Part shown: one piece after another, positions 1-8,957 of the stretch
How the letters are laid out: each line of letters begins with the position of its first letter
Numbering within the stretch: the stretch's first letter is position 1
NCBI GenBank assembly: GCA_041747375.1
Contig: JBGTFH010000048.1
Location: forward strand, 240 to 64,239
DNA length: 64,000 nucleotides
Origin: Acidimicrobiia bacterium
GTDB taxonomy: Bacteria; Actinomycetota; Acidimicrobiia; Spongiisociales; ZC4RG35
Direction of reading: 5' to 3'
Translations under genes and position numbers: made by a program
Notes under the pieces: model-generated
Databases searched by the model: none
Told to the model about the DNA's origin: nothing
Seen by the model: the letters and a program-made list of their open reading frames with translations, nothing else

Positions 1-825
1 CAGTGGACAAGGAGTGGCGATGACCATGACGGCCAGGAATCTCTCCGGGTCGCCTGAGATGACCCACCCCAGGATGCCCATTACCAGGGCGAGCACCGTG
101 TACCAGGCGCCGAGGCGGTCGGCCATCCGCCGCATCCGGGGTCGGTTCTCCTCGGCCTCGGCGAGGATGCCCACGATTTGGGCGTATCTGGAGTCGGCGG
201 CCGTCTTCGTAGCCTGCACTACGAGGGCGTCTTCGCCATTGATCGCACCCGACAACACGGCCGAGCCCACCGACTTGGTTATGACATATGGCTCCCCGGT
301 CAGATACGACTCGTCCATGGTGCCGTGGCCCTTAACGACTTCACCGTCCACCGGAGACACCTCGTGAGGGAAGACGACCACCATGTCGCCGACCCCGATC
401 TCATCTATTGGGACGTCGGCTGTCCGCTCCGAACCAGCTAGAAGTCGATGGGCCATCGTTGGCGCCCTCTTCGCAAGTGCCTCGAGAACCCGGGAGGCAC
501 GGGCGGTTGCTGCTTCCTCCAGGGCTTCGCCCCCGGAAAGCATCAAAACGATGATCGCCGCCACCATCCACTCGTCGAGGAGTACCGCGGTGATGATGGC
601 GATCGCCGCCAACAGGTCCGCACCAGGTGTCCGGGCGATCAGGTCCTTGGTAATCGACCACACCAAGGGCACTCCACCGATGATGACGATCGCGATGAGT
701 GGAAGGATGGTGACCAGATGGGATGCGCCCATGGCCCCGAGGATGAGGGAGGAGGAGATGGCGAGGATCGAACCCGCCGCCACTTTCCCTTCACTCGACT
801 GGAAAAAGAGGCGGAATCGATGCAC
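1..825 (-). CDS. Heavy-metal P1B-type ATPase (P1B-5-like, PCP motif), N-terminal part; 3' end outside the window
   Basis: Not in the ORF track. Hand translation from GTG at 825 gives TM helices, then DESYLTGEP (actuator TGE motif) and FLAVMVIATPCPL. A leaderless -10 (TAGCCT) lies 6 nt before the GTG. Confidence 0.9.
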   Translation of the reverse strand, partial: MHRFRLFFQSSEGKVAAGSILAISSSLILGAMGASHLVTILPLIAIVIIGGVPLVWSITKDLIARTPGADLLAAIAIITAVLLDEWMVAAIIVLMLSGGEALEEAATARASRVLEALAKRAPTMAHRLLAGSERTADVPIDEIGVGDMVVVFPHEVSPVDGEVVKGHGTMDESYLTGEPYVITKSVGSAVLSGAINGEDALVVQATKTAADSRYAQIVGILAEAEENRPRMRRMADRLGAWYTVLALVMGILGWVISGDPERFLAVMVIATPCPL

Positions 826-881
826 GAGGTAAGGCTAGACGATGGCTAACGAGACTTTGTCGGGCTATATGTAGCGCTCCG

Positions 882-1328
882 TTAAGAGCCCGATGACCAC
901 TTTCGGGTCGCAGGGAGCATGACATCGCCATATCCATTGCACCGGGCCTCGCTCAGTTGTAGCTCGAAGAGAATGTATCGGTCAGCCGGCGTGTAGCTCG
1001 CTGCATCGGCGACCTCGGACCACAAATCTGGATCGTCCACCTCGAATCCCCGGCCCGTGATGCTGAACTCGCCCCCGGTGCCGGCGTCATCCGGTACAGC
1101 ACTGTGCAAGGCGAACCAAGCTCGTTCTTCGAGGTCTCGCCCCTTGGGCGAGGTTGGCTCCATGAACACATACAGGCCGAGAGGGCTGATGATCGGTGTC
1201 ACCGGGTGGACCCTGGGTGTGCCGGAAGCGCGAATCGTTGCCAGATAGGCAGGAGCCTGTGTCAGCCTCGCCTCGCCGAACCGGGCCAATTCGGACTGTA
1301 GCTCCCTGAAATCTTTCCAGCTGATCAC
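882..1328 (-). CDS. Pyridoxamine 5'-phosphate oxidase-like (FMN/F420 split-barrel) protein
   Basis: AYLATIRASGTPRVHPV and SPKGRDL motifs. Start uncertain (GTG 1328; ORF open to 1388). Confidence 0.75.
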   Translation of the reverse strand: MISWKDFRELQSELARFGEARLTQAPAYLATIRASGTPRVHPVTPIISPLGLYVFMEPTSPKGRDLEERAWFALHSAVPDDAGTGGEFSITGRGFEVDDPDLWSEVADAASYTPADRYILFELQLSEARCNGYGDVMLPATRKWSSGS

Positions 1329-1458
1329 AGACTTGGGCCGGGCTGCATTTAGACGGTCGGTAGTCATTCCAGCCCCAGGATTAGGCACATGCCGACGATC
1401 CTACGGACCCCAAACCGAATCGTCTTCTTCAAATCTGACCTCGTGGCACAATTCCCGG

Positions 1459-1902
1459 GTGAGCCTTTCAGATCCTTCAGCTAAATCTCTCGAAGACCTG
1501 GTGTGGCTGCGCCGGGTACGCGACCGGATCGACCGGGAGTACGCACAACCGCTGGATGTGGAGGAGTTAGCCCGGGGCGCCCACATGTCGGCGGGTCACT
1601 TCAGCCGGCAATTCAAGCTCGCATTCGGCGAATCGCCCTATTCATACCTGATGACGAGGCGCATCGAACGGGCCATGGCCTTCCTCCGGCGCGGTGACTT
1701 CAACGTGACCGAAGTTTGCTTCGAGGTCGGGTTTTCATCACTGGGTACCTTCAGCACTCGATTCACCGAATTGGTGGGCATGCCGCCCAGCGTCTATCGC
1801 GAAATGGAGTGGGAAGCGATGGCCGGATTCCCGCCGTGTATTGCTAAACAAGTGACGAGACCGGTCAGGAATCGAGAAGCACTGACGTCGAGTCGCTCGT
1901 AG
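1459..1902 (+). CDS. AraC-family HTH transcriptional regulator (HTH-only)
   Basis: LRRVRDRIDREYAQPLDVEELA...HFSRQFK...VGFSSLGTFSTRF. GTG 1459 lies 6 nt after the -10 CACAAT. Confidence 0.9.
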   Translation: MSLSDPSAKSLEDLVWLRRVRDRIDREYAQPLDVEELARGAHMSAGHFSRQFKLAFGESPYSYLMTRRIERAMAFLRRGDFNVTEVCFEVGFSSLGTFSTRFTELVGMPPSVYREMEWEAMAGFPPCIAKQVTRPVRNREALTSSRS

Positions 1903-1912
1903 GGTTTGATTT

Positions 1913-2326
1913 ATGGATATCTCAATTTATCAATGCATGCTCCCGCACACTGACGCCGAAACATCTCTCGCCTTCTACCGGGACACCCTCGGCTTCGAAG
2001 TGCGCAATGACGTTGAATATGGCGGAATGCACTGGATCACGGTTGGCCCCGCCGACCAACCTGGCACAGCCATCGTCCTATACCCTCCGGAAGCTACACC
2101 GGGCCTGAATCAGGATGAACACAACTTGATTGCCGAGATGATGGCCAAAGGCACGTTCGCCAGCATCAATCTGGCAAGTAGCGACGTCAACGGAGTTTTC
2201 GACCGATTGCAGGCAACCGACGCCGAGGTCGTCCAGGAGCCCACGGATCAGCCCTATGGTGTCCGCGATTGCGCCTTTCGCGACCCCTCAGGCAATTTGA
2301 TCCGTATCCAGGAGGTAAAGGAATGA
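1913..2326 (+). CDS. VOC family (glyoxalase/bleomycin-resistance) protein
   Basis: AFYRDTLGFEV and EPTDQPYGVRDCAFRDPSGNLIRI motifs. Confidence 0.9.
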   Translation: MDISIYQCMLPHTDAETSLAFYRDTLGFEVRNDVEYGGMHWITVGPADQPGTAIVLYPPEATPGLNQDEHNLIAEMMAKGTFASINLASSDVNGVFDRLQATDAEVVQEPTDQPYGVRDCAFRDPSGNLIRIQEVKE

Positions 2327-2769
2327 GCACCAAAAAAGAGACAACTTCAGACGGGTTCTCAGCCGCCGAGCGGGCGGCCATGAAAGAGCGGGCGAAGGAG
2401 CTGAAAGCGCAAGGCCGCGGTGGCCAGAAGAAGGCCGATAATGAGCGTGCGGTGCTCGATGCGATAGCTGAGATGCCCGATGCGGATCGGAATCTTGCCG
2501 AGCGGATCCATGCACTGGTCGCCTCCAAGGCACCGGGGCTCCTTCCCAAGACCTGGTATGGCATGCCCGCCTATGCCAACGACGATGGCAAGGTGGTCTG
2601 CTTCTTCCAGGGCGCCTCGAAGTTCGACGCCCGATATGCGACCCTCGGCTTCAATGATGCGGCCAGGCTCGATGATGGGGTTATGTGGCCGGTTACCTTC
2701 GCCATCGTCAAGTGGACTCCCGCCGTCGAGAAGTCGGTCGGGGCGCTCATCAAGGCCTCTGTTGGCTGA
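2323..2769 (+). CDS. DUF1801 (YdhG-like) domain protein
   Basis: PKTWYGMPAYA...VVCFFQ...RYATLGF motifs. ATGA overlap with the VOC gene; AAGGA SD. Confidence 0.8.
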   Translation: MSTKKETTSDGFSAAERAAMKERAKELKAQGRGGQKKADNERAVLDAIAEMPDADRNLAERIHALVASKAPGLLPKTWYGMPAYANDDGKVVCFFQGASKFDARYATLGFNDAARLDDGVMWPVTFAIVKWTPAVEKSVGALIKASVG

Positions 2770-5143
2770 CAAAGCTCCGCCCGGGGTACACGTTGCCGAC
2801 GCCCACGATTTGATTCGGGTGCACGGTGCGCGGGAGAACAACCTCAAGAATGTCGACATCGAGTTGCAGAAACGCCGTTTGTCGGTGTTCACCGGGGTCT
2901 CGGGATCTGGCAAGAGCTCGCTGGTATTCGACACCATCGCCGCCGAATCCCAGCGGATGATCAATGAGACCTACAGCACATTCGTTCAGGGATTCATGCC
3001 CAACCTCGCCCGCCCCGACGTGGACCTTCTCGAAGGATTGACAACGGCAATCCTCGTCGACCAGGAAAGGATGGGCGCCAATGCTCGCTCGACCGTAGGA
3101 ACCGCCACCGACGCAAACGCCATGCTTCGCATCCTCTTCAGCAGACTGGGGCAACCTCAGATCGGCCCGCCCAACGCCTTTGCGTTCAATGTCCCCTCCA
3201 GCACGGTCAGCGGAGTGATGGAGGTGGAGCGAGGCGAGGTCAAGGAGAGACGGGTTGTTAAGCGGGAACGCTACACCGGTGGGATGTGCCCCCGGTGCGA
3301 GGGTTTGGGATCGGTCAGCGACATCGATCTCTCCGAGCTCTACGACGACACCAAGTCGCTGGCCGATGGTGCGATCACTATTCCCGGGTACAAGGCCGAC
3401 GGGTGGTACGTCCGGATATTCAGTGAATCGGGTTTTCTCGACCCAGATAAACCGATTCGCGACTACACGGAGAAGGAACTCGACGACTTCCTGTACGCCG
3501 AGCCCACCAAGGTGAAGCTGGTCGGGACCAACATGACCTATGAAGGTTTGATCCCCAAAATCCAGAAATCGTTCTTCTCAAAGGACCGTGACTCGCTACA
3601 GCCACACATCCGGGCATTCGTAGATCGAGCTGCCACGTTCAAGCCCTGCCCGGATTGTGGTGGGACCCGGCTCAGCGAGGGCGCCCGGTCTTCCAAGATC
3701 GACGGCGTCAACATTGCCGATGCCTGCGCTATGCAGATCAGCGACCTCGCCGAGTGGGTTGACGGGCTCGATGAACCGTCGGTGGCACCACTCCTCGGAA
3801 CTCTTGGTGACCTGCTGGACTCGTTCGTCGACATCGGCCTCGGATACCTCTCGCTCGATCGGGCTTCGGGCACTCTGTCGGGTGGTGAGGCGCAGAGGAC
3901 CAAGATGATCCGCCATCTCGGGTCGGCGCTGACCGATGTCACATACGTCTTCGACGAGCCGACGGTTGGACTGCACCCCCACGACATCCAGCGGATGAAC
4001 GAACTTCTCATTCAACTGAGGGACAAGGGCAACACTGTGCTCGTCGTCGAGCACAAGCCAGAAGTGATCAATATCGCCGACCATGTGGTCGACCTAGGCC
4101 CGGGTGCCGGATCGGCCGGTGGCGAAATCGTGTTCGAGGGCACTGTGGATGACCTGCGCGCCAGCGACACGATTACGGGCCGGCACCTTGACCACAGGGC
4201 AACCCTCAAGGACGGGGTGCGGAAGCCTTCGGGCACGGTGGAGATCCGCGGGGCGACGAGGCACAACCTCGAAAACGTAAATGTCGACATCCCGTTGGGT
4301 GTGTTGGTTGTCGTGACCGGGGTCGCTGGTTCGGGCAAGAGCTCGCTTATCCATGGATCTGTGTCGGACCGCGACGGTGTGGTCGCTTTTGACCAGACCC
4401 CGATCCGCGGTTCACGGCGGAGTAATCCGGCAACCTATACCGGGATGCTCGACCCGATCCGCAAGGCCTTCGCCAAGGCCAATGACGTCAAACCGGCGCT
4501 GTTCAGTGCCAATTCGGAGGGTGCCTGTCCTACGTGTAACGGAGCCGGGCTCATTTACACCGAGCTGGGCTTTATGGACACCGTGGCCACAACGTGTGAG
4601 GACTGCGAGGGAAAACGTTTCGATGCGTCTGTTCTCGAATACAAGCTCGCCGGCAAGGACATCAGCGAGGTGCTGGCTTTGCCGGTGACCGAGGCCCTGG
4701 AGTTTTTCGGGGACGGTGAGGCGGACAATCCGGCTGCACACAAGATCCTGGCGAGAATGTCGGATGTCGGGCTCGGTTATCTCACGCTCGGCCAGCCGCT
4801 AACCACCCTGTCTGGTGGGGAAAGGCAGCGCCTCAAGCTGGCGATCCAGATGGCGGAGAAGGGCGGGATTTACGTGCTGGACGAGCCAACAAGTGGGCTT
4901 CATCTCGCCGACGTCGACAATCTGCTCGGTCTCCTCGACCAGCTCGTGGATTCGGGCAAATCGGTGATAGTCATCGAGCACCACCAGGCTGTGATGGCGC
5001 ACGCCGATTGGATAATCGACCTCGGCCCCGGAGCCGGGCATGACGGCGGCCGGATCGTGTTCGAGGGCACTCCTGCCGATCTCGTCGCCGATGGTTCGAC
5101 TCTCACCGGCAAACACCTGGCCGAATACGTCGGCCCGGGATAA
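2762..5143 (+). CDS. uvrA: Class II UvrA-like ATPase (UvrA2, DrrC/Ecm16-like)
   Basis: Two ABC cassettes (GVSGSGKS, LSGGEAQR; GVAGSGKS, LSGGERQR) and CxxC zinc motifs. About 790 aa, with no apparent UvrB-binding insert. Probable start is TTG 2762. Confidence 0.9.
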   Translation: MADKAPPGVHVADAHDLIRVHGARENNLKNVDIELQKRRLSVFTGVSGSGKSSLVFDTIAAESQRMINETYSTFVQGFMPNLARPDVDLLEGLTTAILVDQERMGANARSTVGTATDANAMLRILFSRLGQPQIGPPNAFAFNVPSSTVSGVMEVERGEVKERRVVKRERYTGGMCPRCEGLGSVSDIDLSELYDDTKSLADGAITIPGYKADGWYVRIFSESGFLDPDKPIRDYTEKELDDFLYAEPTKVKLVGTNMTYEGLIPKIQKSFFSKDRDSLQPHIRAFVDRAATFKPCPDCGGTRLSEGARSSKIDGVNIADACAMQISDLAEWVDGLDEPSVAPLLGTLGDLLDSFVDIGLGYLSLDRASGTLSGGEAQRTKMIRHLGSALTDVTYVFDEPTVGLHPHDIQRMNELLIQLRDKGNTVLVVEHKPEVINIADHVVDLGPGAGSAGGEIVFEGTVDDLRASDTITGRHLDHRATLKDGVRKPSGTVEIRGATRHNLENVNVDIPLGVLVVVTGVAGSGKSSLIHGSVSDRDGVVAFDQTPIRGSRRSNPATYTGMLDPIRKAFAKANDVKPALFSANSEGACPTCNGAGLIYTELGFMDTVATTCEDCEGKRFDASVLEYKLAGKDISEVLALPVTEALEFFGDGEADNPAAHKILARMSDVGLGYLTLGQPLTTLSGGERQRLKLAIQMAEKGGIYVLDEPTSGLHLADVDNLLGLLDQLVDSGKSVIVIEHHQAVMAHADWIIDLGPGAGHDGGRIVFEGTPADLVADGSTLTGKHLAEYVGPG

Positions 5144-5149
5144 GGCTCG

Positions 5150-5764
5150 ATGGAGCCTGTTCCTCCCACCTCTTCAGACCATCCGACCCACTGGAAATTC
5201 GACTACCCGATCTACCACGCCGAGACCCGTGACCAGTGGCGCCGCTGGTTGGACGCCAACCACCAGAGCGAGTCCGGGGTCTGGTTGTGTTCCTGGCGGC
5301 CAGCGTCTGGAAAACCCCGATGCCCGTATCCAGAAGCGGTCGAGGAGGCGATCTGTTTCGGTTGGGTCGACTCCACCGTGTATGTGCTCGACGATCCACG
5401 GAATCTGCAGCTTTTCACACCGAGAAAGGCGAGAAGCAGCTGGACCCGGCTCAACCGGCAGCGCTATGCCGACATGGAGGCGGATGGTTTGATGACCGAT
5501 GCTGGACGTCGCGCTGCCGATGCAGCGAAAGAGAACGGTTGGTGGACTATTTCCGACCCCGTTGAAGATCTCATCGAACCCGACGAGCTTGCCATGGCAC
5601 TGGACGCTAATGCCACTGCGCGGGCATCCTGGGATGACTTTCCGCCGAGTGTACGCAAAGCGATGCTGTGGTGGGTGGTCAGCGCCGCGAGAGAAGACAC
5701 CCGGGCGAAGCGGATCGAAACGATCGTAGCGAAGGCCGCTCGCGGCGAACGCGCTCAGGGGTGA
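5150..5764 (+). CDS. YdeI/OmpD-associated family protein
   Basis: WRRWLDANH...YPEAVEEAICFGWVDS...FTPRK..SSW..LN and AREDTRAKRI motifs. Confidence 0.85.
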   Translation: MEPVPPTSSDHPTHWKFDYPIYHAETRDQWRRWLDANHQSESGVWLCSWRPASGKPRCPYPEAVEEAICFGWVDSTVYVLDDPRNLQLFTPRKARSSWTRLNRQRYADMEADGLMTDAGRRAADAAKENGWWTISDPVEDLIEPDELAMALDANATARASWDDFPPSVRKAMLWWVVSAAREDTRAKRIETIVAKAARGERAQG

Positions 5765-5773
5765 CATAGACGT

Positions 5774-6343
5774 TTAGGCCTTAGGCGCCACCAGCTTCCT
5801 GACCACCCACCGGTGCATGCCAATCATCCGATCACGCTCAAACCCGAGGCTTTCGTAGGTCGATAGTGCGCCGTTGTATAAGAATCCTGCAGGCACGGCA
5901 TCGGCGCCCTCCGGATAACCCTCGACGAGCCCACCTCCCGCATCCGCAATGAGATCGAGTGCCCCGCCAAGGGCTGCGGCGGCCACGCCCTTCCGTCGAT
6001 GACCCTTGCCGACATAACAACATGCGATTCGCCAGTCTGGAAGGGATTCGAGTTCCTTCTCGTACGCAGCCCGACTCTTGATCCGGGGTACTTCCTCCGG
6101 CTTCCCGAATTGGGCCCAACCCAGGCACTTTTCCCCTTCGAAGACCAGAGCGGCGTGGGCATTGCCGGCGAGGACGAGTTCTTTCTTCCGTTCTCGCTTC
6201 GACCCGGTTGTTTCTTCTTCCTTTGGATGAAAACCCATGCACCAGCATCCGCCAAAGATGCCGTTGTTGGCCTCGACGAGGTCGGCAAACGTGTCCCATG
6301 TCGAACTGTCGAGGGCTCTGATTTTGTACTCAGACTGCGTCAC
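5774..6343 (-). CDS. GNAT family N-acetyltransferase
   Basis: GCWCM motif, HRRKGVA acetyl-CoA motif, VEGYP, TYESLGF. Confidence 0.85.
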   Translation of the reverse strand: MTQSEYKIRALDSSTWDTFADLVEANNGIFGGCWCMGFHPKEEETTGSKRERKKELVLAGNAHAALVFEGEKCLGWAQFGKPEEVPRIKSRAAYEKELESLPDWRIACCYVGKGHRRKGVAAAALGGALDLIADAGGGLVEGYPEGADAVPAGFLYNGALSTYESLGFERDRMIGMHRWVVRKLVAPKA

Positions 6344-6452
6344 AGGTGCGATTCTGCCATATTCACCGTGTTCGCTAATTCTCCGTTCGGACGGCTTCCT
6401 CTACAGCCCTCCTGGCCCTTCGCACCAAAAACGCGGCGATCGTCATGACCTA

Positions 6453-6470
6453 TCGGGTCCTTTGCCTCTG
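6453..6470 (+). promoter_or_regulatory. Putative DosR/DevR-like activator box upstream of sqr
   Basis: TCGGGTCCTTTGCCTCTG resembles GGGACNWWNGNCCC. It is centred about 42-43 nt upstream of a TSS predicted from the -10 GATACT (6492-6497). Confidence 0.45.
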
Positions 6471-6539
6471 GTGAGGGCCGGCTGACTGTTGGATACTCGG
6501 GATGTGGAATACCCACAGCTAGACCAAAGGAAAGACAGC

Positions 6540-7781
6540 ATGAAGAATCTGCTGGTCCTTGGAGCAGGAACGGCCGGGACGACCTTGGTCAACAAATTGC
6601 GACCACTTCTCGCCGAAGATGAGTGGTCGATAACTGTTGTCGACCAAAGCTCTGCGCACCATTACCAACCTGGCTATTTGTTCATCCCCTTTGGCGGATA
6701 CACGCCCGCCGATGTTGTAAGGCCACAGGCAGAATTTATCCCCGAGGGCGTTACCAGGATTGAAGAGACGATCGATGAGGTGATCCCTCGCCAGAACCAG
6801 GTAAAGCTGGTCGACGGCACGACCCTCGATTATGACCAACTGGTGATAGCGACGGGTACCTCCCCACGACCCGACCAGACTCCGGGCATGGATGGGCCTG
6901 AGTGGGGAAAGTCGATCCACAACTTCTACACCCTGGAAGGAGCTACCCGTCTCCGGGCCGCTCTCGATGGGTTCGAGGGCGGTCGAATCGTGGTCCACGT
7001 GACCGAGATGCCGATCAAATGCCCGGTGGCTCCACTTGAATTCGCCTTTCTCGCCGAGTCTCACTTCAGGGGGAGAGGAATGCGGGATCGGGTCGAGTTC
7101 GTTTATGTGACTCCGCTGGACGGTGCATTCACCAAGCCGGTGGCATCAAACCTGCTTGGCAACATGCTCGACGAGAGAAGGATCGGACTGGAAGCTGACT
7201 TCTACATCGAGCGTGTCGATAACGAAAGCAAGACAATTGTCTCATTCGATGAGCGGGAGATTCCCTTCGACCTCCTGGTCACCGTCCCGGTGAACATGGG
7301 CGCCGATTTCGTGGCACGTAGCGGCCTGGGCAACGAGCTGAACCATGTGCCGGTCGACCACGGGAACTTCCTTTCCAAAGACTGGAGCAACATCTTTGCC
7401 ATTGGCGATGCGGCCGACTTGCCGACCTCGAAGGCAGGCTCCGTCGCCCACTTTGCCGTTGACATTTTCATCGACAATTTCCTTCACCACATCAGGGGCG
7501 AGGAGATGCCGATGCGATTCGATGGGCATGCGAACTGCTTCGTCGAGTCCGGGGACGGTAAGGCCTTGCTTCTCGACTTCAACTACGAAGTCCAGCCCCT
7601 GCCCGGGAAGTATCCCGTTCCTGTAGTCGGTCCCTTCTCGTTGTTGGAGGAAACCTCAGTGAATCACTACGGGAAGCTCATGTTCAAGTGGATGTATTGG
7701 AACGCACTACTCCCGGGACGGCCCATACCTCTCCCTGCCCTGATGTCCATGGCTGGGAAGAAGGAACCCGACGAACAGTGA
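6540..7781 (+). CDS. sqr: Sulfide:quinone oxidoreductase, type III-like
   Basis: VLGAGTAG FAD motif, HHYQPG, PIKCPVAP and HANCF cysteines, FAIGDA. AAGGA SD before ATG 6540. Confidence 0.85.
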   Translation: MKNLLVLGAGTAGTTLVNKLRPLLAEDEWSITVVDQSSAHHYQPGYLFIPFGGYTPADVVRPQAEFIPEGVTRIEETIDEVIPRQNQVKLVDGTTLDYDQLVIATGTSPRPDQTPGMDGPEWGKSIHNFYTLEGATRLRAALDGFEGGRIVVHVTEMPIKCPVAPLEFAFLAESHFRGRGMRDRVEFVYVTPLDGAFTKPVASNLLGNMLDERRIGLEADFYIERVDNESKTIVSFDEREIPFDLLVTVPVNMGADFVARSGLGNELNHVPVDHGNFLSKDWSNIFAIGDAADLPTSKAGSVAHFAVDIFIDNFLHHIRGEEMPMRFDGHANCFVESGDGKALLLDFNYEVQPLPGKYPVPVVGPFSLLEETSVNHYGKLMFKWMYWNALLPGRPIPLPALMSMAGKKEPDEQ

Positions 7782-7847
7782 CATTCGAATCGCGGAGACT
7801 CAACCGATCACATCACGAAAGAGTGTTGAAAGAAAGGAGGGTCACAC

Positions 7848-8162
7848 ATGACCCTGGCAACTATCGCCGGTCATGAAGTCCACGTCTACGACGAGGGCTT
7901 CATGACCGAGTATGAAGAATGGGACGATGGTTTGGCTAAGCAACTCGCCGCCAACATCGGCATCGACCTAACTGAGAGGCATCTCGATGCGATTCGTTTC
8001 CTCAGGGAAGACTATCTCGCCGTAGGCGAGACCCCGACTCTTCGTCGGGTTACCGCGGTTGGTGGAATACCCACTAAAGAGCTATTCCAGTTGTTCCCTA
8101 AGAAGCCCGCCAAGAAGATGGCGTATGTCGCCGGCCTCCCCAAGCCGGTCGGCTGCGTCTGA
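7848..8162 (+). CDS. tusE: TusE/DsrC/DsvC family sulfur relay protein (single C-terminal Cys)
   Basis: DEGF..W and C-terminal AGLPKPVGCV. The second DsrC cysteine is absent. Strong AAAGGAGG SD. Confidence 0.9.
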   Translation: MTLATIAGHEVHVYDEGFMTEYEEWDDGLAKQLAANIGIDLTERHLDAIRFLREDYLAVGETPTLRRVTAVGGIPTKELFQLFPKKPAKKMAYVAGLPKPVGCV

Positions 8163-8174
8163 AAGGAGTTCGAA

Positions 8175-8681
8175 ATGACACTTACAGTGGAAGCACCGGT
8201 CCCGGTGTTCGACGACACAGAAACTGACAGGAAACTCGCGATCATCTGCTCGAAGGGCTCACTGGATATGGCCTATCCGGGCTTGGTCCTTGCAAACGCG
8301 GCCCTCGGAGAAGGGATAGAGACGCATATCTTCTTTACCTTCTGGGGTTTCGACATGATCAACAAAGAGACCATGGGCCATCTCCAGTTCACGCCTCTGG
8401 GCAACCCGGCGACTCACATGCCGCCGATGCTGATGGGGTTGCCCGGGATGACGGCTTTCGCCACCCACATGATGAAGAAGCAGATCGAGGGAATCGATAT
8501 TCCTGACATACCGGAGTTCCTCGAGATGATCACGGATGCTGGTGGGCATCTCTGGGCCTGCAGGATGTCGGCCGACATGATGCACATCGATGAGACCGAC
8601 CTGTACGACAGGGTTGAGGGCATCATCAGCGCCACCGATTTCATGGAGTTGTCGGAGGGCGCTCAAACCATCTTTATCTAG
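8175..8681 (+). CDS. DsrE/DsrF/DrsH-like (DsrE2-type) sulfurtransferase
   Basis: IICSKGSLDMAYPGLVLA, IFFTFWG and WACRMS motifs. Confidence 0.88.
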   Translation: MTLTVEAPVPVFDDTETDRKLAIICSKGSLDMAYPGLVLANAALGEGIETHIFFTFWGFDMINKETMGHLQFTPLGNPATHMPPMLMGLPGMTAFATHMMKKQIEGIDIPDIPEFLEMITDAGGHLWACRMSADMMHIDETDLYDRVEGIISATDFMELSEGAQTIFI

Positions 8682-8697
8682 AACGAGAGGTCGTCGC

Positions 8698-8940
8698 ATG
8701 ACGAAATCGACGGCCATGGGTTGGCTCGTCGACTGTCTCGTTGGCGGCATCTCGGGACTCCTCGTTGCAAGCATCGTTGCGGTGAATCTGGTCATCTTCT
8801 CCGGCATTGATGTCGGGTACGAAGCGAGCATCGCTGAGGTTTTCAATTTCAACCCGGGAGTTGGTGTCGCGGTGATTTCACTCCTCGTGATCGGACCGGC
8901 CGTCGGAATAGTTTTGGCCAGGGCCAGGCGAAGAGGCTGA
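8698..8940 (+). CDS. Small two-TM membrane protein, hypothetical
   Basis: Two hydrophobic helices; GAGG SD; follows the DsrE gene. Confidence 0.6.
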   Translation: MTKSTAMGWLVDCLVGGISGLLVASIVAVNLVIFSGIDVGYEASIAEVFNFNPGVGVAVISLLVIGPAVGIVLARARRRG

Positions 8941-8957
8941 CCAGTCGAGCGAATCGC

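Noticed and set aside
2480-2761. N-terminal extensions in the ORF track (UvrA from 2480, also 18370, 21743, 23962, 45903)
   Set aside because: They overlap neighbouring genes or promoters; motif-supported starts lie downstream.
7848-8162. dsrC as evidence of dissimilatory sulfate reduction
   Set aside because: Only one C-terminal cysteine and no dsrAB/dsrMK in the window.
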